DNA of 64,000 nucleotides from a virus (lineage: Duplodnaviria > Caudoviricetes). The translations under genes were made by a program, and so were the position numbers. Every line of letters begins with the position of its first letter. Position 1 is the first letter of the stretch. This document shows, piece by piece, positions 1 through 9,302 of this stretch. The stretch is taken from positions 192,001-256,000 of IMG/VR virus record IMGVR_UViG_2595698868_000001. One strand, written 5' to 3'. The notes below the pieces were generated by a model. The model did not search any database. It was not told the origin of the DNA and saw nothing but the letters and a program-made list of their open reading frames with translations.

Positions 1-286
1 GACCTTCCAGCAGGTGCAGAAGTACGAGAAGGGCGGCAATCGCGTCAGCGCGAGCAAGCTGCACGGCATCGGCAAATTCCTGGGCGTTCCGGTCGCCTTT
101 TTCTTCGAAGGCCTGGAAGAAGCCGCCGACGGTCAAGTCACCACGAACGTCCAGACCCTGTTCGAAGTCGAGGGCGGCGCCGATCTGGCGGCCGACTTCC
201 TGGCCCTGACGCCGTTCGAGCGTCAGATGATCACCAACCTGACCCGCGACATGTCGGCGCAGCGTCAGCGCGGCAAGGCGGCCTGA
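1..286 (+). CDS. XRE-family HTH transcriptional regulator (5'-partial)
   Basis: [20 protein letters not shown]...[11 protein letters not shown] is typical of alphaproteobacterial XRE-HTH proteins; ORF runs off the window start. Confidence 0.85.
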   Translation, partial: TFQQVQKYEKGGNRVSASKLHGIGKFLGVPVAFFFEGLEEAADGQVTTNVQTLFEVEGGADLAADFLALTPFERQMITNLTRDMSAQRQRGKAA

Positions 287-447
287 TGAACGACCGCGTC
301 CTGGTCCCTATGTGCCTGCTCGCCGGCGTGCTCGTGATCAACGGCACGCGAGGCGTCGGCTGGATCGCGCATTACGTCATGCCCGGCCTCGCGCTGGGCG
401 TGGTGTTCTACGTCCTGGTCAAGGTGCTCATGGCGGTGAAGCACTAA
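286..447 (+). CDS. small membrane protein (53 aa)
   Basis: ATG overlaps the upstream TGA (TGATG); two hydrophobic segments; below the ORF-track cutoff. Confidence 0.6.
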   Translation: MNDRVLVPMCLLAGVLVINGTRGVGWIAHYVMPGLALGVVFYVLVKVLMAVKH

Positions 448-666
448 TTGAGCACCCCCGTCTCCATCTTCGATTCTGACGACTTGCCCGGCGCTGTCGA
501 AGGCTACGAGGTTCAGATCGCGCGCCTGCCCAATGGTGAGATTGAGGCCGTCGCCTTTATCGACCACGAACAGGCCGACATGGTCGAAGTTCCGCCGCAG
601 ATCGCAATCGAGTTCGCGCGAGCGATCTTGGCGGCGGTTCGCGATCCGTCCGCAACCTTGAACTGA
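448..666 (+). CDS. hypothetical protein
   Basis: Fills the gap in a coupled gene string; GC3-rich codons. Confidence 0.6.
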   Translation: MSTPVSIFDSDDLPGAVEGYEVQIARLPNGEIEAVAFIDHEQADMVEVPPQIAIEFARAILAAVRDPSATLN

Positions 667-678
667 GGAGTCTAGCTC

Positions 679-1155
679 TTGACCCGCGACGAAGTGCAAC
701 AAGCCAACAAGCAAGCGGCAACCAACCGCATCATTCGCCTGTCCATCACGGGCGTCGTGCTCGCCCTCCTGGCCGGCGGCGGCATCCTGGTTGGGTGCCC
801 TGCCGCTAACGTCTATTACAAGCAGATGGACGGTAAGGCCGCCTACGAGAAGGCCGTCCAGGATCGCCGCATCAAGGTGCTGGAAGCCCAGGCTGCGCGC
901 GATTCCGCCAAGCTCTACGCCGAAGCTGAGATCGAGCGCGCCAAGGGCACCGAGAAGGCCAACGAGATCATGCAGAACGGCCTGGGCGGTCCGGAGAACT
1001 ATCTGCGCTGGTCCTACATCCACATGCTGGAAGAAACCGCCGGCAAGGGCGATCGCCAGATCATCTATATCCCGACCGAGGGCGCCATGCCCGTGATCGA
1101 AGCCGGCCGCGCCGTCACGCCCACGGTCCGCGTCGCCGTTCCTCCGAAGGACTAA
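679..1155 (+). CDS. membrane-anchored coiled-coil protein, SPFH/band-7 C-terminal-like
   Basis: N-terminal TM helix, EA-rich coiled coil, ending YLRWSYI...IIYIPTE as in SPFH C-termini; GAGGAG RBS. Confidence 0.55.
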   Translation: MTRDEVQQANKQAATNRIIRLSITGVVLALLAGGGILVGCPAANVYYKQMDGKAAYEKAVQDRRIKVLEAQAARDSAKLYAEAEIERAKGTEKANEIMQNGLGGPENYLRWSYIHMLEETAGKGDRQIIYIPTEGAMPVIEAGRAVTPTVRVAVPPKD

Positions 1156-1158
1156 GCC

Positions 1159-1701
1159 ATGTCGCCCGAAGACCGCAGTTTTACGATCGCGTGGTGGGAA
1201 CGGCTCCTCGCCGATGACGAGAAGATGGTCCGGTGGCTCCAAAAGCTGCAAGCCACCGAGTTTTCGGGCTACCAGGACAATCGTGACGCCGCCGCTCGTT
1301 GGGGCGGCGGCAATATCGCCGTCGAGAACGTCTTCATCCAGACCGGGGACGACGAGATGCGGCACAGCGATCTTCTCATCACCCTTTTGAGGGGACGAGG
1401 CGCATGGCCGGTCGAGACGCCGCCTCCAGAGTCCGCCTATTGGTTGGAGATGGAAGCGGTCACCGACAGCCTCGAAGCCTGCGCCGCTGTCTTTCACCTG
1501 GGCGAACGTTTGGCGACCGACCGCTTTTCGGTGATGTACAACCACGTCGACACGCCAGACGACATTCTGCTGTTCCTCGGTCACGCCTTGCCTGACGAGC
1601 GCCATCACGCTCGCGTCTTCCGTAAGCTGACCAGCGACGCCACTCTCGCCCGCATCACGCTGGCGCATAACGAGGCTGTCGAGCGCTTGAAGGGCTCTTG
1701 A
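1159..1701 (+). CDS. ferritin-like di-iron protein
   Basis: Two ExxH motifs (DEMRH, DERHH) with upstream Glu ligands. Confidence 0.7.
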   Translation: MSPEDRSFTIAWWERLLADDEKMVRWLQKLQATEFSGYQDNRDAAARWGGGNIAVENVFIQTGDDEMRHSDLLITLLRGRGAWPVETPPPESAYWLEMEAVTDSLEACAAVFHLGERLATDRFSVMYNHVDTPDDILLFLGHALPDERHHARVFRKLTSDATLARITLAHNEAVERLKGS

Positions 1702-1724
1702 CGTCAGGAGGTTGTTTCTTTACA
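1698..1724 (+). promoter_or_regulatory. class A phage promoter TTGAC-N10/11-GTTTCTTTACA
   Basis: First of 16 copies; followed by GACGATC and an AAGGAG RBS. Confidence 0.75.
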
Positions 1725-1753
1725 ACCGACCATGACGATCTTAAGGAGACCCT

Positions 1754-1954
1754 ATGGCTGAACTGCGCCCGACTAGCTGGACCTTCTCGACTTCGAATGA
1801 CGAGATGGTGTTGATCCTCAAGGCTTTGGGCGGTCGTCTGACCCCCAAGGAAGCTGAGAAGGCGAAAGCTCTCGGCGATCAATTGACGCGTCAGCGTGCG
1901 CGGCAATTGGAAATCACGATCTCTCAGTTGCGGGAGGCCGTGGGCGATGCCTGA
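1754..1954 (+). CDS. hypothetical protein
   Basis: Strong RBS downstream of class A promoter. Confidence 0.75.
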   Translation: MAELRPTSWTFSTSNDEMVLILKALGGRLTPKEAEKAKALGDQLTRQRARQLEITISQLREAVGDA

Positions 1955-2753
1955 GATCACCTTTGTCGATAAGGAAAACGCTGACGGTTTGATCGCCGGC
2001 TCGCAGTATAACTCCAGCGTGCGCATCATGGCACGCTCTCCTTCGGGCGTCGTCTTCAACGCCCTGGGGGTTCGCTATTGGAACCGCAAAGACGGCTCCA
2101 GCTTCCAGGACGTCAAGATCGTAGTGAGAGATCGCCCCACCAAGGCGGGCTTCGTCGCGGCCCGCGACGCGATCGACCGCTTCATGGGCGCCGGTGTCGG
2201 CGATGCCGTGATCCAGGCCTGGAAGGAAGGTAAGACCGTATTGGTCGACGGCGGCGGCGAGAAGCTGCGTCTCCCGCGCACCGAGCAGCGCATCATCGAC
2301 GCCCAAGCTTTGGCGGCAGTTTCGATCAACAAGTCGATCTCGATCGAGGATCGGGTACCGACGTGCAAGCAGTGTGCAAAGCCTCTGCAACCGAAATTTA
2401 CGGTCCATCGGATGGGTAGAGACATCCTGCCGGATCATCCTCGCTCGTGGGAAGACTGCCAACGCATGTCGAACTTCGAGGTGGTCGCGATCCGAGGTTA
2501 TAAAGTAACCGAAGGGCCTAAGGTCGGTTTCGTGGAGTCGTTCGACACCTGGGACGGCCAGAGCACTTTCGACCCACACTTCTGCGGCGATACCTGCGCG
2601 GCGAGCTACGGGCGGCGCGCGGCGGAAGCGCATCCACCTCTCGGCCCGAGCGATCCTGTCCCGAAACCCGGCTGGCGTCATGACTCTGTTGATCACTTCG
2701 AGCCCGCGCCTGCGCGAGAGATGATCCTGGACGGAAAGGTGTTCAAATTTTGA
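1947..2753 (+). CDS. hypothetical protein with Cys motifs (possible Zn binding)
   Basis: GGAGG RBS; CKQC and FCGDTCA motifs. Confidence 0.7.
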   Translation: MPEITFVDKENADGLIAGSQYNSSVRIMARSPSGVVFNALGVRYWNRKDGSSFQDVKIVVRDRPTKAGFVAARDAIDRFMGAGVGDAVIQAWKEGKTVLVDGGGEKLRLPRTEQRIIDAQALAAVSINKSISIEDRVPTCKQCAKPLQPKFTVHRMGRDILPDHPRSWEDCQRMSNFEVVAIRGYKVTEGPKVGFVESFDTWDGQSTFDPHFCGDTCAASYGRRAAEAHPPLGPSDPVPKPGWRHDSVDHFEPAPAREMILDGKVFKF

Positions 2754-3031
2754 TCCAGATCAAGCCTTCGGACACCGTGATCCATGTCAATCGCGGCCAA
2801 ATCGACAGCAATCGCATCGCCCTGAAGGCCGATCCAGCCGCCGAGGCCAAGCCGGTTCTGAAGGCACAGAAGGGTAAGACGGGCAAGAGCGACTACGGGA
2901 ATGCGATCGACGTCCTCGATGCCAATGGCGAGGTCGTGGGGACGTTCGTTTATGATCCAGCCGGCATTCTGGCATGCGGCGCCAAAGCCGTTTTCATCGC
3001 CAAGTACGGAGCGCGCGTACGTCATGACTGA
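2750..3031 (+). CDS. hypothetical phage protein
   Basis: 4-nt overlap with the upstream stop. Confidence 0.7.
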   Translation: MIQIKPSDTVIHVNRGQIDSNRIALKADPAAEAKPVLKAQKGKTGKSDYGNAIDVLDANGEVVGTFVYDPAGILACGAKAVFIAKYGARVRHD

Positions 3032-3290
3032 TGCACCATCGGCGCGCATGTTGATCGCTCAGGCCTATGCACGCCAGTTCGGTACCCAGGTCGAGCGGGT
3101 GCCGCATGATCGGCGACATCCCGCCGGCAAGCGATTTTACCGCATCAACACCCGAGGCTTTGTGATCGAGGTCCACGCGCCAACCTATATCGTCGTCGCC
3201 CAGGTCGTTTGCCGCTCGAAGGCAGAAGCCGATGAGTCTATCAACATTCTCTTGGGCCAAAGAGTTGACAGACGGCAACGCACGGGCTAG
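3024..3290 (+). CDS. hypothetical protein
   Basis: ATG overlapping the previous gene end. Confidence 0.55.
   Translation: MTDAPSARMLIAQAYARQFGTQVERVPHDRRHPAGKRFYRINTRGFVIEVHAPTYIVVAQVVCRSKAEADESINILLGQRVDRRQRTG
3262..3276 (+). promoter_or_regulatory. class B phage promoter -35 element GAGTTGACAG(A/C)CGGC
   Basis: Near-identical motif at 7681, 8645, 19098, 20924, 26785, 31467, 43807, 45989 and 49386, each upstream of a gene or RNA start. Confidence 0.7.
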
Positions 3291-3321
3291 TAGCATCTCC
3301 GACGATCACACGGAGGCAATC

Positions 3322-4032
3322 ATGTCCAAAACCATCTACACCTACATCGTGGAAGGCCCCAAGTACGGCGAATTTCCGCTGGACATGCTCCGCCGCGATC
3401 AATCCCAGGCGGCTACCGCCGCTGATCAAGCCCTGATCGATCGCCTCGCGGCCTTCGGCGTCGACAAGAAAGACCTGCCCAAGCGCGTCCGCGTCAAGCT
3501 GACCATGTCCAGCGACCGCTATCCGCCCAATGTCGAACGCTGGGAATCGTTCGGCTGGCAGGTCATCGCCAGCAATCACCCACGCAACTACGGCCTGCCG
3601 TTCACCATGGACGAGATCGCCGAGCAGGAACGCTCCGGCGAGGTCCCGGCGGCGCCCGTGAAGAAGTCGCGGCGCGAGACGCTGCGCGACCTCAAGGATG
3701 CCGTCGTCCGCCTGGAACCCTACGTCTACATGGCGAAGCCGACCTTCCAGGCCATTCGTGAGGCTTATGAAGCCTGTGAGTACGATCCCGAAGAGCGCCA
3801 GCATGCCTTGGGGATGCTCGACGGCGTCCGCACCGTGCTGAAGACGGGCAAGACCGCCGGCTTCATCGACGGCGCCGATGTTCGTGTGCTGATCACCGCG
3901 CTCGATCTGGCCTACGACCTGCTCACCTACCAGGACACCGACTACATCCGCAGTTTCCTCGGCGATCGCCCCGACACGGTCCTGGCCGACCTGAAGAAGC
4001 TGCTCACGATGTTCAAGGGGATCGCCGCATGA
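3322..4032 (+). CDS. hypothetical protein
   Basis: GGAGG RBS after class B promoter; strong codon bias. Confidence 0.8.
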   Translation: MSKTIYTYIVEGPKYGEFPLDMLRRDQSQAATAADQALIDRLAAFGVDKKDLPKRVRVKLTMSSDRYPPNVERWESFGWQVIASNHPRNYGLPFTMDEIAEQERSGEVPAAPVKKSRRETLRDLKDAVVRLEPYVYMAKPTFQAIREAYEACEYDPEERQHALGMLDGVRTVLKTGKTAGFIDGADVRVLITALDLAYDLLTYQDTDYIRSFLGDRPDTVLADLKKLLTMFKGIAA

Positions 4033-4292
4033 GCCGGTACGACTACCTCACCATCAACAAGCGCGACGCCGACTGCTACGACGTCACCGACGGCGATCGC
4101 CGCGTCGCGGCCCTGCGCTCGGCCTTCACGGAGGACGAGAAGGGTAAGCGCACCATGATCCCTGGTACGTGGCGCATTCGCTGGGAAGGTCCGGACTTCA
4201 GGCACGACGCCGGGCTGATCGTGCTTGAAGCTCTGCGCTTCAATACCGCCCATGAGGCGTTCGCGTTCTTCTGCGGGCAGTGCCTGAAATGA
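4029..4292 (+). CDS. hypothetical protein
   Basis: ATGA overlap. Confidence 0.7.
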   Translation: MSRYDYLTINKRDADCYDVTDGDRRVAALRSAFTEDEKGKRTMIPGTWRIRWEGPDFRHDAGLIVLEALRFNTAHEAFAFFCGQCLK

Positions 4293-4558
4293 AGTACGTC
4301 TGGACCGCCCCTGAGGGCCTGCACCAAGTCGCCTATTCGGTGGCCGAACGCCCTGACCTACACCGGGACATCAGTGCGCCGTTCGAGAGCACCATGGCTC
4401 AACACGTCAGCGATTTCCTGACGCCCGAGGGTAGTGGAATCCTGAAGGCGCTCCACTCCCTGGATTCCCGCGTCACCACCCTGACATTCGCCGACGCCCG
4501 CAGCGCCATTCGTTTCGTCGAACACTTCGCGCCGGCGAAGTTCGTGCTGGAGGGCTGA
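4289..4558 (+). CDS. hypothetical protein
   Basis: ATGA overlap. Confidence 0.65.
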   Translation: MKYVWTAPEGLHQVAYSVAERPDLHRDISAPFESTMAQHVSDFLTPEGSGILKALHSLDSRVTTLTFADARSAIRFVEHFAPAKFVLEG

Positions 4559-4560
4559 GC

Positions 4561-4953
4561 ATGGAAAGCAAGCCATACGTTCCACTCGCCGACGTCCTGC
4601 ACCGCCTGAAGATCGCGCATCTCTACGGCAACGAGACGGTGCAGGTCTCGACCGCCGATCTCGGCCGCGCTGTCGAGGCCCTGGAGACCGCGTACGGTCA
4701 GGGGTCCTATGAAGTTGGTAACTGCTTGCGTGGTTACCACCACGGCACGTTCACGAGCGCGGACGAGGCCTGGGAGGCGCTCTCCGAACGGTTTAACCGG
4801 TCCTATCCTTCGCGTGAAGGACGGCAGGTAGAGATGCGCCGCTCGATCCATCTCGGCTTCACGGCTGGCGGCAACGAGACCGAAAGGGATCGTCTTCTGC
4901 GTGAAAAGTTGGCTGAGGTGCTCAAAAAAGAGAAAGCCGAAACTAGCGCTTGA
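4561..4953 (+). CDS. hypothetical protein
   Basis: GGAGG RBS; adjacent to the upstream gene. Confidence 0.7.
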   Translation: MESKPYVPLADVLHRLKIAHLYGNETVQVSTADLGRAVEALETAYGQGSYEVGNCLRGYHHGTFTSADEAWEALSERFNRSYPSREGRQVEMRRSIHLGFTAGGNETERDRLLREKLAEVLKKEKAETSA

Positions 4954-4976
4954 CGAGGTCCGGGAGTTTCTTTACA
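4950..4976 (+). promoter_or_regulatory. class A phage promoter
   Basis: TTGAC-N11-GTTTCTTTACA, then GACGATCA and GAGGAGG. Confidence 0.75.
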
Positions 4977-5007
4977 TCCTCGTTCGACGATCACTGAGGA
5001 GGTCCCG

Positions 5008-5532
5008 ATGACCGATTTCAATTCGCGCGTTCCGGAAGGCCAACTGATGCCACGCCCGTGGTTCCGCGCCAACAACACCGCTGGACCGCTCTTCGGCATC
5101 TACAAGGCCGGCAATGGCTGGGCACGCTCCGCGCCGCTGACTGAAGGCGAGCGCATGCTGGGTGATTTCGTGCTGCCCTGGTTCCAACGTCCGCCCGTCT
5201 GGACCCTGGACCAGAAGGTCCGCCTGATCGAATCGATCTGGAACGGCCTGCCCATCGGGGCCTACGTGGTCAATCGCGTCCTGAACAGTCCGTACGACAA
5301 CTGGCTGCTAGACGGTCAACAGCGGATCACCGCGATCCTGGAATACGTCGCTGACGCGTTCCCGGTCATGGGCTATCGCTTCAGCGAACTCACCGTAACC
5401 GATCAACGCCAGTTCGCGATGATCCCGATGTCTTGCCTGGAAACCCAGATCACCGATCTGGCGGAACTGGAGGAGGTCTACAACCGGCTGGCCTATGGCG
5501 GTACGGCCCACGAGCCGAAGGTGGTCGCGTGA
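5008..5532 (+). CDS. DUF262 (ParB/Srx-like, GmrS-type) domain protein
   Basis: PWFQRPPVW, LIESIWNGLPIG and LLDGQQRITAI are the DUF262 hallmarks. Confidence 0.85.
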   Translation: MTDFNSRVPEGQLMPRPWFRANNTAGPLFGIYKAGNGWARSAPLTEGERMLGDFVLPWFQRPPVWTLDQKVRLIESIWNGLPIGAYVVNRVLNSPYDNWLLDGQQRITAILEYVADAFPVMGYRFSELTVTDQRQFAMIPMSCLETQITDLAELEEVYNRLAYGGTAHEPKVVA

Positions 5533-5819
5533 TGGAAGCTCGGATCGAACGCGTCCCCGCCCGCTACGACACCTATACCTCCCGTCTCGTGACGCGTGAT
5601 GGTGAGCACGTCACCGACGGCGGCCTCGTCGTCATCAACGGTGTGGACCGCCAAGGCAATCCGCTGGAGGACAACGGCTGCATCGGGGTGCTGGACATCC
5701 AACCCGGCTACCAGACCCTGAACATCAAGCTGGGCTGCGTCCATGTCCGGGTCAATCCGGATCAAGTGCGCGCGCTGAAGCTCGGCGAACGCGTCGCCAG
5801 CCCGGAAGGAGGTCGCTGA
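5532..5819 (+). CDS. hypothetical protein
   Basis: TGATG coupling. Confidence 0.65.
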   Translation: MEARIERVPARYDTYTSRLVTRDGEHVTDGGLVVINGVDRQGNPLEDNGCIGVLDIQPGYQTLNIKLGCVHVRVNPDQVRALKLGERVASPEGGR

Positions 5820-6142
5820 TGGACATCGAACTGCGCAAGATCGACAACAGCGGTGAGCGCGAGGAAGTCTTCGGCCGCCGCAAACGACAACGCCGGCGCC
5901 TGAACGCCTACGACATCATCCACGATGGTGTCGTCATCGGACGCGTCAGCGAGCGTCTCGTCACCTTCGAGAATCGCTCGCCGGGCAGGATGTACGTCAA
6001 CTATCGCTGGCAGAACGTGCGCTGGTTCGCCGAACGCCTGGGTCAGAATCCGCGCTATCGGGGCGGCTCCGAAACCCGCAAGTTGGAAGTCGAAGGCTTC
6101 CTGCGCGACTGGACCCGTGAACAGAAGGAGGCTTCCGCATGA
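5819..6142 (+). CDS. hypothetical protein
   Basis: GGAGG RBS, TGATG coupling. Confidence 0.7.
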   Translation: MDIELRKIDNSGEREEVFGRRKRQRRRLNAYDIIHDGVVIGRVSERLVTFENRSPGRMYVNYRWQNVRWFAERLGQNPRYRGGSETRKLEVEGFLRDWTREQKEASA

Positions 6143-6813
6143 ACGACATCAAGCACGTCTCTTTCGACGTCTGGAAAACGCTGATCGACCCGAGCCCGGA
6201 TTTCGGCGCCGCTCGCCGGCAACTGCTGATCGACACGTTCGATCTGCCCCCGAAGCAGGTCGAGACCGCGTACCGCTGGGTCAAGGACTCCTCGGATGGG
6301 GATGCTGAAGCCGCTGGAATTGGCTACACCAGCGCTCAGGTCTACGAGAAGCTGATGGAGGCGCTCGGCTTGCCCGCTGACGATTGGTGGGCGCTGCGCT
6401 CCAAGATCGAGGCCCTGTTCGCCAAGCATCCGCCGATCGTGCGGCCGGGCGTGACCGAGACGTTGCAGGCGCTGCAAACCGCCGGCTACGGCCTGTCGAT
6501 CTCCAGCAACACCAACTTCATCGCCGGAGCCTGTCTGCGAGAGGTTGTCTTGGATCATCTCGGTATCGAGTGGTCCTTCGCCCTGTTCTCGGACCAGATG
6601 GCGGTCGCCAAGCCGAACCCCCTCATGTGGCATGCCGTGAAGTCGCTCGCGGCGCTCCACTCGAACGCCGAGCCGCATCAAGTCCTGCACGTGGGCGACA
6701 ACCTCATCTGCGACGGCAGGTGCGTCGACCACGGGCTCCAGTTCCATCCCATCAACCAACCGGCGGACTTCCCCGCCCTGACCGGAGTCCTTCTGAATGC
6801 CCAAGCAGCGTAG
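6139..6813 (+). CDS. HAD-superfamily hydrolase
   Basis: Motifs FDVWKTL, SSN, KPNP and HVGDN...D. Confidence 0.9.
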   Translation: MNDIKHVSFDVWKTLIDPSPDFGAARRQLLIDTFDLPPKQVETAYRWVKDSSDGDAEAAGIGYTSAQVYEKLMEALGLPADDWWALRSKIEALFAKHPPIVRPGVTETLQALQTAGYGLSISSNTNFIAGACLREVVLDHLGIEWSFALFSDQMAVAKPNPLMWHAVKSLAALHSNAEPHQVLHVGDNLICDGRCVDHGLQFHPINQPADFPALTGVLLNAQAA

Positions 6814-7672
6814 TCCGTTCGCGCAGTTCGTCGTCCACAGCTTCGACGACCTGGAAAACCCGTCCTTCTGTCCGCGCGACTACTCGCGGCTGAAGTTCGG
6901 CTCCGACATCGTCGCCCGTCGGTTCGGCGACGAGATGGCCGAGGCCTTCTATGCGCAGCACCATGATCTGTTGATCACCGATCGCTGCGTCGTCGTGCCG
7001 TCCGCCTTCAACGTCGTCGAGATCGCCGCGACCATCCTGGCGCGCCACTTCATGAACCGCCTGAACGACCTGCTGACGCGGGAAGGCCATCGCGGCGTCG
7101 AGTGGACCATCATGCACCGCACGATGAGCTACGTCGCCGACTACTCCTTCATGCCGAAGGAGGAGCGCGCCGCGATGCTGAAGGCCGACAAGTTGTTCAT
7201 CAACCGCGACTTCATCGAAGGCAAGGTGCTGCTGTTCGTCGACGACGTCACCATCACCGGCGCCCACGAGCACAAAATCGTCGACTTCCTGGACGGCCTG
7301 GGGCTGAAGAATCCGCGCATCTTCTGCTACTACGCGCGGTACAACGGCGAACGCGCTGATATCGAAGCCGCGCTCAACCAGTCGAGCATCAAGGGCGCCG
7401 ACGAGTACGTCGAACTGATCCGCGAACCGGGGCATCAACTCGTAGTTCGGGCCGTCCGCTTCCTGCTGGACCTACCGACGTCGGAACTCGCCACGGTCCT
7501 GCGATTCGTCGATGGGCTGTTCATCGACAAGCTGTACCATGCCTGCCTCGCCAAGGAGTACGACAAGCAGGAGAAGTACCGCCAGGGCTTCGAGATGATC
7601 CGGGCGCGCCACGACAAGGGCTCGGCCTGGGGCACGCCGCCGGCGCAGGTCGTCAACATCGCGGCGGCGTGA
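6797..7672 (+). CDS. phosphoribosyltransferase (PRTase_3/ComF-like)
   Basis: PRPP-binding loop VLLFVDDVTITGA; YSRLKFGS N-terminal motif; paired with a HAD gene. Confidence 0.8.
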   Translation: MPKQRSPFAQFVVHSFDDLENPSFCPRDYSRLKFGSDIVARRFGDEMAEAFYAQHHDLLITDRCVVVPSAFNVVEIAATILARHFMNRLNDLLTREGHRGVEWTIMHRTMSYVADYSFMPKEERAAMLKADKLFINRDFIEGKVLLFVDDVTITGAHEHKIVDFLDGLGLKNPRIFCYYARYNGERADIEAALNQSSIKGADEYVELIREPGHQLVVRAVRFLLDLPTSELATVLRFVDGLFIDKLYHACLAKEYDKQEKYRQGFEMIRARHDKGSAWGTPPAQVVNIAAA

Positions 7673-7680
7673 TCCAATAG

Positions 7681-7715
7681 TTGACAGCCGGCAGCCTTCT
7701 CCGTAAGGCTGCCGG
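7681..7715 (+). promoter_or_regulatory. class B promoter overlapping an 11-bp inverted repeat
   Basis: TTGACAG at 7681; CCGGCAGCCTT (7688-7698) / AAGGCTGCCGG (7705-7715). Confidence 0.6.
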
Positions 7716-7735
7716 TCTAACTGACAGGTAAAACC

Positions 7736-7981
7736 ATGGGTTTCGCGGACAACATGAACGATTTTCAGCGCACCGAGATGCAGTCGATCAAGTCGCGCAA
7801 CATGGGCGGCGGCGGCTGGACGCTGAAGGAATTCGGGCATCGGGTCGAGGCTGGCAGGGTCATCGTCCATTGCAAGCGGGTGAACATCGAGAAGAAGTCC
7901 GAGCACGTCCTGGAATACGAGATCGACACCAGGGGCTTCTCCAAGGTCACGCTCGACGCCCAGGGCTCGATTACGCTGTGA
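7736..7981 (+). CDS. hypothetical protein
   Basis: Follows promoter; typical codon bias. Confidence 0.7.
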   Translation: MGFADNMNDFQRTEMQSIKSRNMGGGGWTLKEFGHRVEAGRVIVHCKRVNIEKKSEHVLEYEIDTRGFSKVTLDAQGSITL

Positions 7982-8643
7982 CGAAGCAGGTCACCCGCAT
8001 GGAAGTCGACGGCTCGGTCGTTCTTATCGAGCCGATGGAGCGCGAGGTCTCCTATCGCTACAGCGATGGCAGCGTAGGCGCCTATCGCCAGCGATCGCTC
8101 TACAAGGTGCTGGTCGATGACGTATTGCGAGGCTACCTGTCGTTTCCGATGGGCTACGGTGGTAGATGGTCCGTCGTAACGCTGCGCCCAAAACACCGCT
8201 ACAGCAACGTCTGGCGGCATCTGTATAGCGATCGCACCGAGCACGGCTTGTTCGAATACTACCGTTCTGTCTCGCCCGGCGTGCTGAATGAAACGGAGAA
8301 TTGGGGCGAGCACGCGAAGTTCTGGGAGGACCGTAACGCCATCCTGGCCGCCTTCCCCAAGATGATCGCGCTCGGTCGCGCTCCTTCGCCGGAAGAGGAA
8401 GAAGCAAACCTCATCCAGATGAAGGCGGACTATGAGGAGTCCGTGCGTCAAGACGCCGCCAACAAGGAGCGTTGGGCGCGAGAACGTGCCGAACGTGAGG
8501 CTCAGCAGGCCGAGGCCGCGCGCATCGCCGAGGAAAAGCGTCTGGAGACCCTCGAAGGCCTGAACTCCATCTTGGCCCGCGAGACCCTGACCAACTTCGA
8601 GCGCGACTGCCTGATGACGGCGATCGCACGGTTCTCGAACTAG
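7978..8643 (+). CDS. hypothetical protein with C-terminal coiled coil
   Basis: GTGA overlap start; ERAEREAQQAE-type helix. Confidence 0.7.
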   Translation: MTKQVTRMEVDGSVVLIEPMEREVSYRYSDGSVGAYRQRSLYKVLVDDVLRGYLSFPMGYGGRWSVVTLRPKHRYSNVWRHLYSDRTEHGLFEYYRSVSPGVLNETENWGEHAKFWEDRNAILAAFPKMIALGRAPSPEEEEANLIQMKADYEESVRQDAANKERWARERAEREAQQAEAARIAEEKRLETLEGLNSILARETLTNFERDCLMTAIARFSN

Positions 8644-8704
8644 AGAGTTGACAGCCGACTGAGGGCGCCACTAAAACTGTCACGACCCTTTCAGGATAAC
8701 CGGC

Positions 8705-9298
8705 ATGAACATCACCCTCCGCAAAGCCTCTCAGTTTTCCAAAGCGCTGATCGAGGCAGGCCGCAAGACCACGATCAATCGCCTCATCTCGGTGTCGGTC
8801 TACGAAGACTCCGTGGAAAAGCCCGCGCAAGCCCTGGTCGAACTGGCCCAAGAGGCTGCGCGGGAGAAGCTGACCCAAGCGCTCCACATGATCACGGGTG
8901 GCTACGAACTGCGCGGTCAGATCGCCAAGGCCAACGCCGACGTCGGCATCAACCTCCTGCTCACCGAGCAAGCCAACCTCTCGGCGCACGAGGCCCTCAT
9001 TTCGACGGTATGCGGCATCGAGTACACCTACGATGACTCGGTGGAGCCGCAGTACGCCGACGCAAAGCTGACGACGCTGAAGAAGAAGCGCGAGACCGAG
9101 ACCGTCATGCACCATGACGATCACCTGAACGTGCGCGTCATCACTGACGAGATCAAGGTGCCGCTGAAGGACTCGATCGCGGTGATCCGCCGGCGCAAGG
9201 CGGAGATCGCCGATGAACTAACCTATCTGAACGCCAGCACTCGTATCGAGGTGTCGGAGAACGTCCAGAGCCTGCTGAAGGCCCTGAAGCTGATCTAA
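8705..9298 (+). CDS. mostly helical coiled-coil protein, DIP1984/DUF6847-like (tentative)
   Basis: MNITLRKA N-terminus, LRGQIAKANA and IADELTYLNASTRIEV motifs; own class B promoter at 8645. Confidence 0.6.
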   Translation: MNITLRKASQFSKALIEAGRKTTINRLISVSVYEDSVEKPAQALVELAQEAAREKLTQALHMITGGYELRGQIAKANADVGINLLLTEQANLSAHEALISTVCGIEYTYDDSVEPQYADAKLTTLKKKRETETVMHHDDHLNVRVITDEIKVPLKDSIAVIRRRKAEIADELTYLNASTRIEVSENVQSLLKALKLI

Positions 9299-9302
9299 CG
9301 AG

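Noticed and set aside
265-1668. Long antisense ORFs (e.g. 265-1668, 21936-22862, 23653-24936, 37290-38480, 62180-63178)
   Set aside because: Shadow frames of GC3-rich + strand genes; no RBS or motifs, and they fully overlap better-supported genes.
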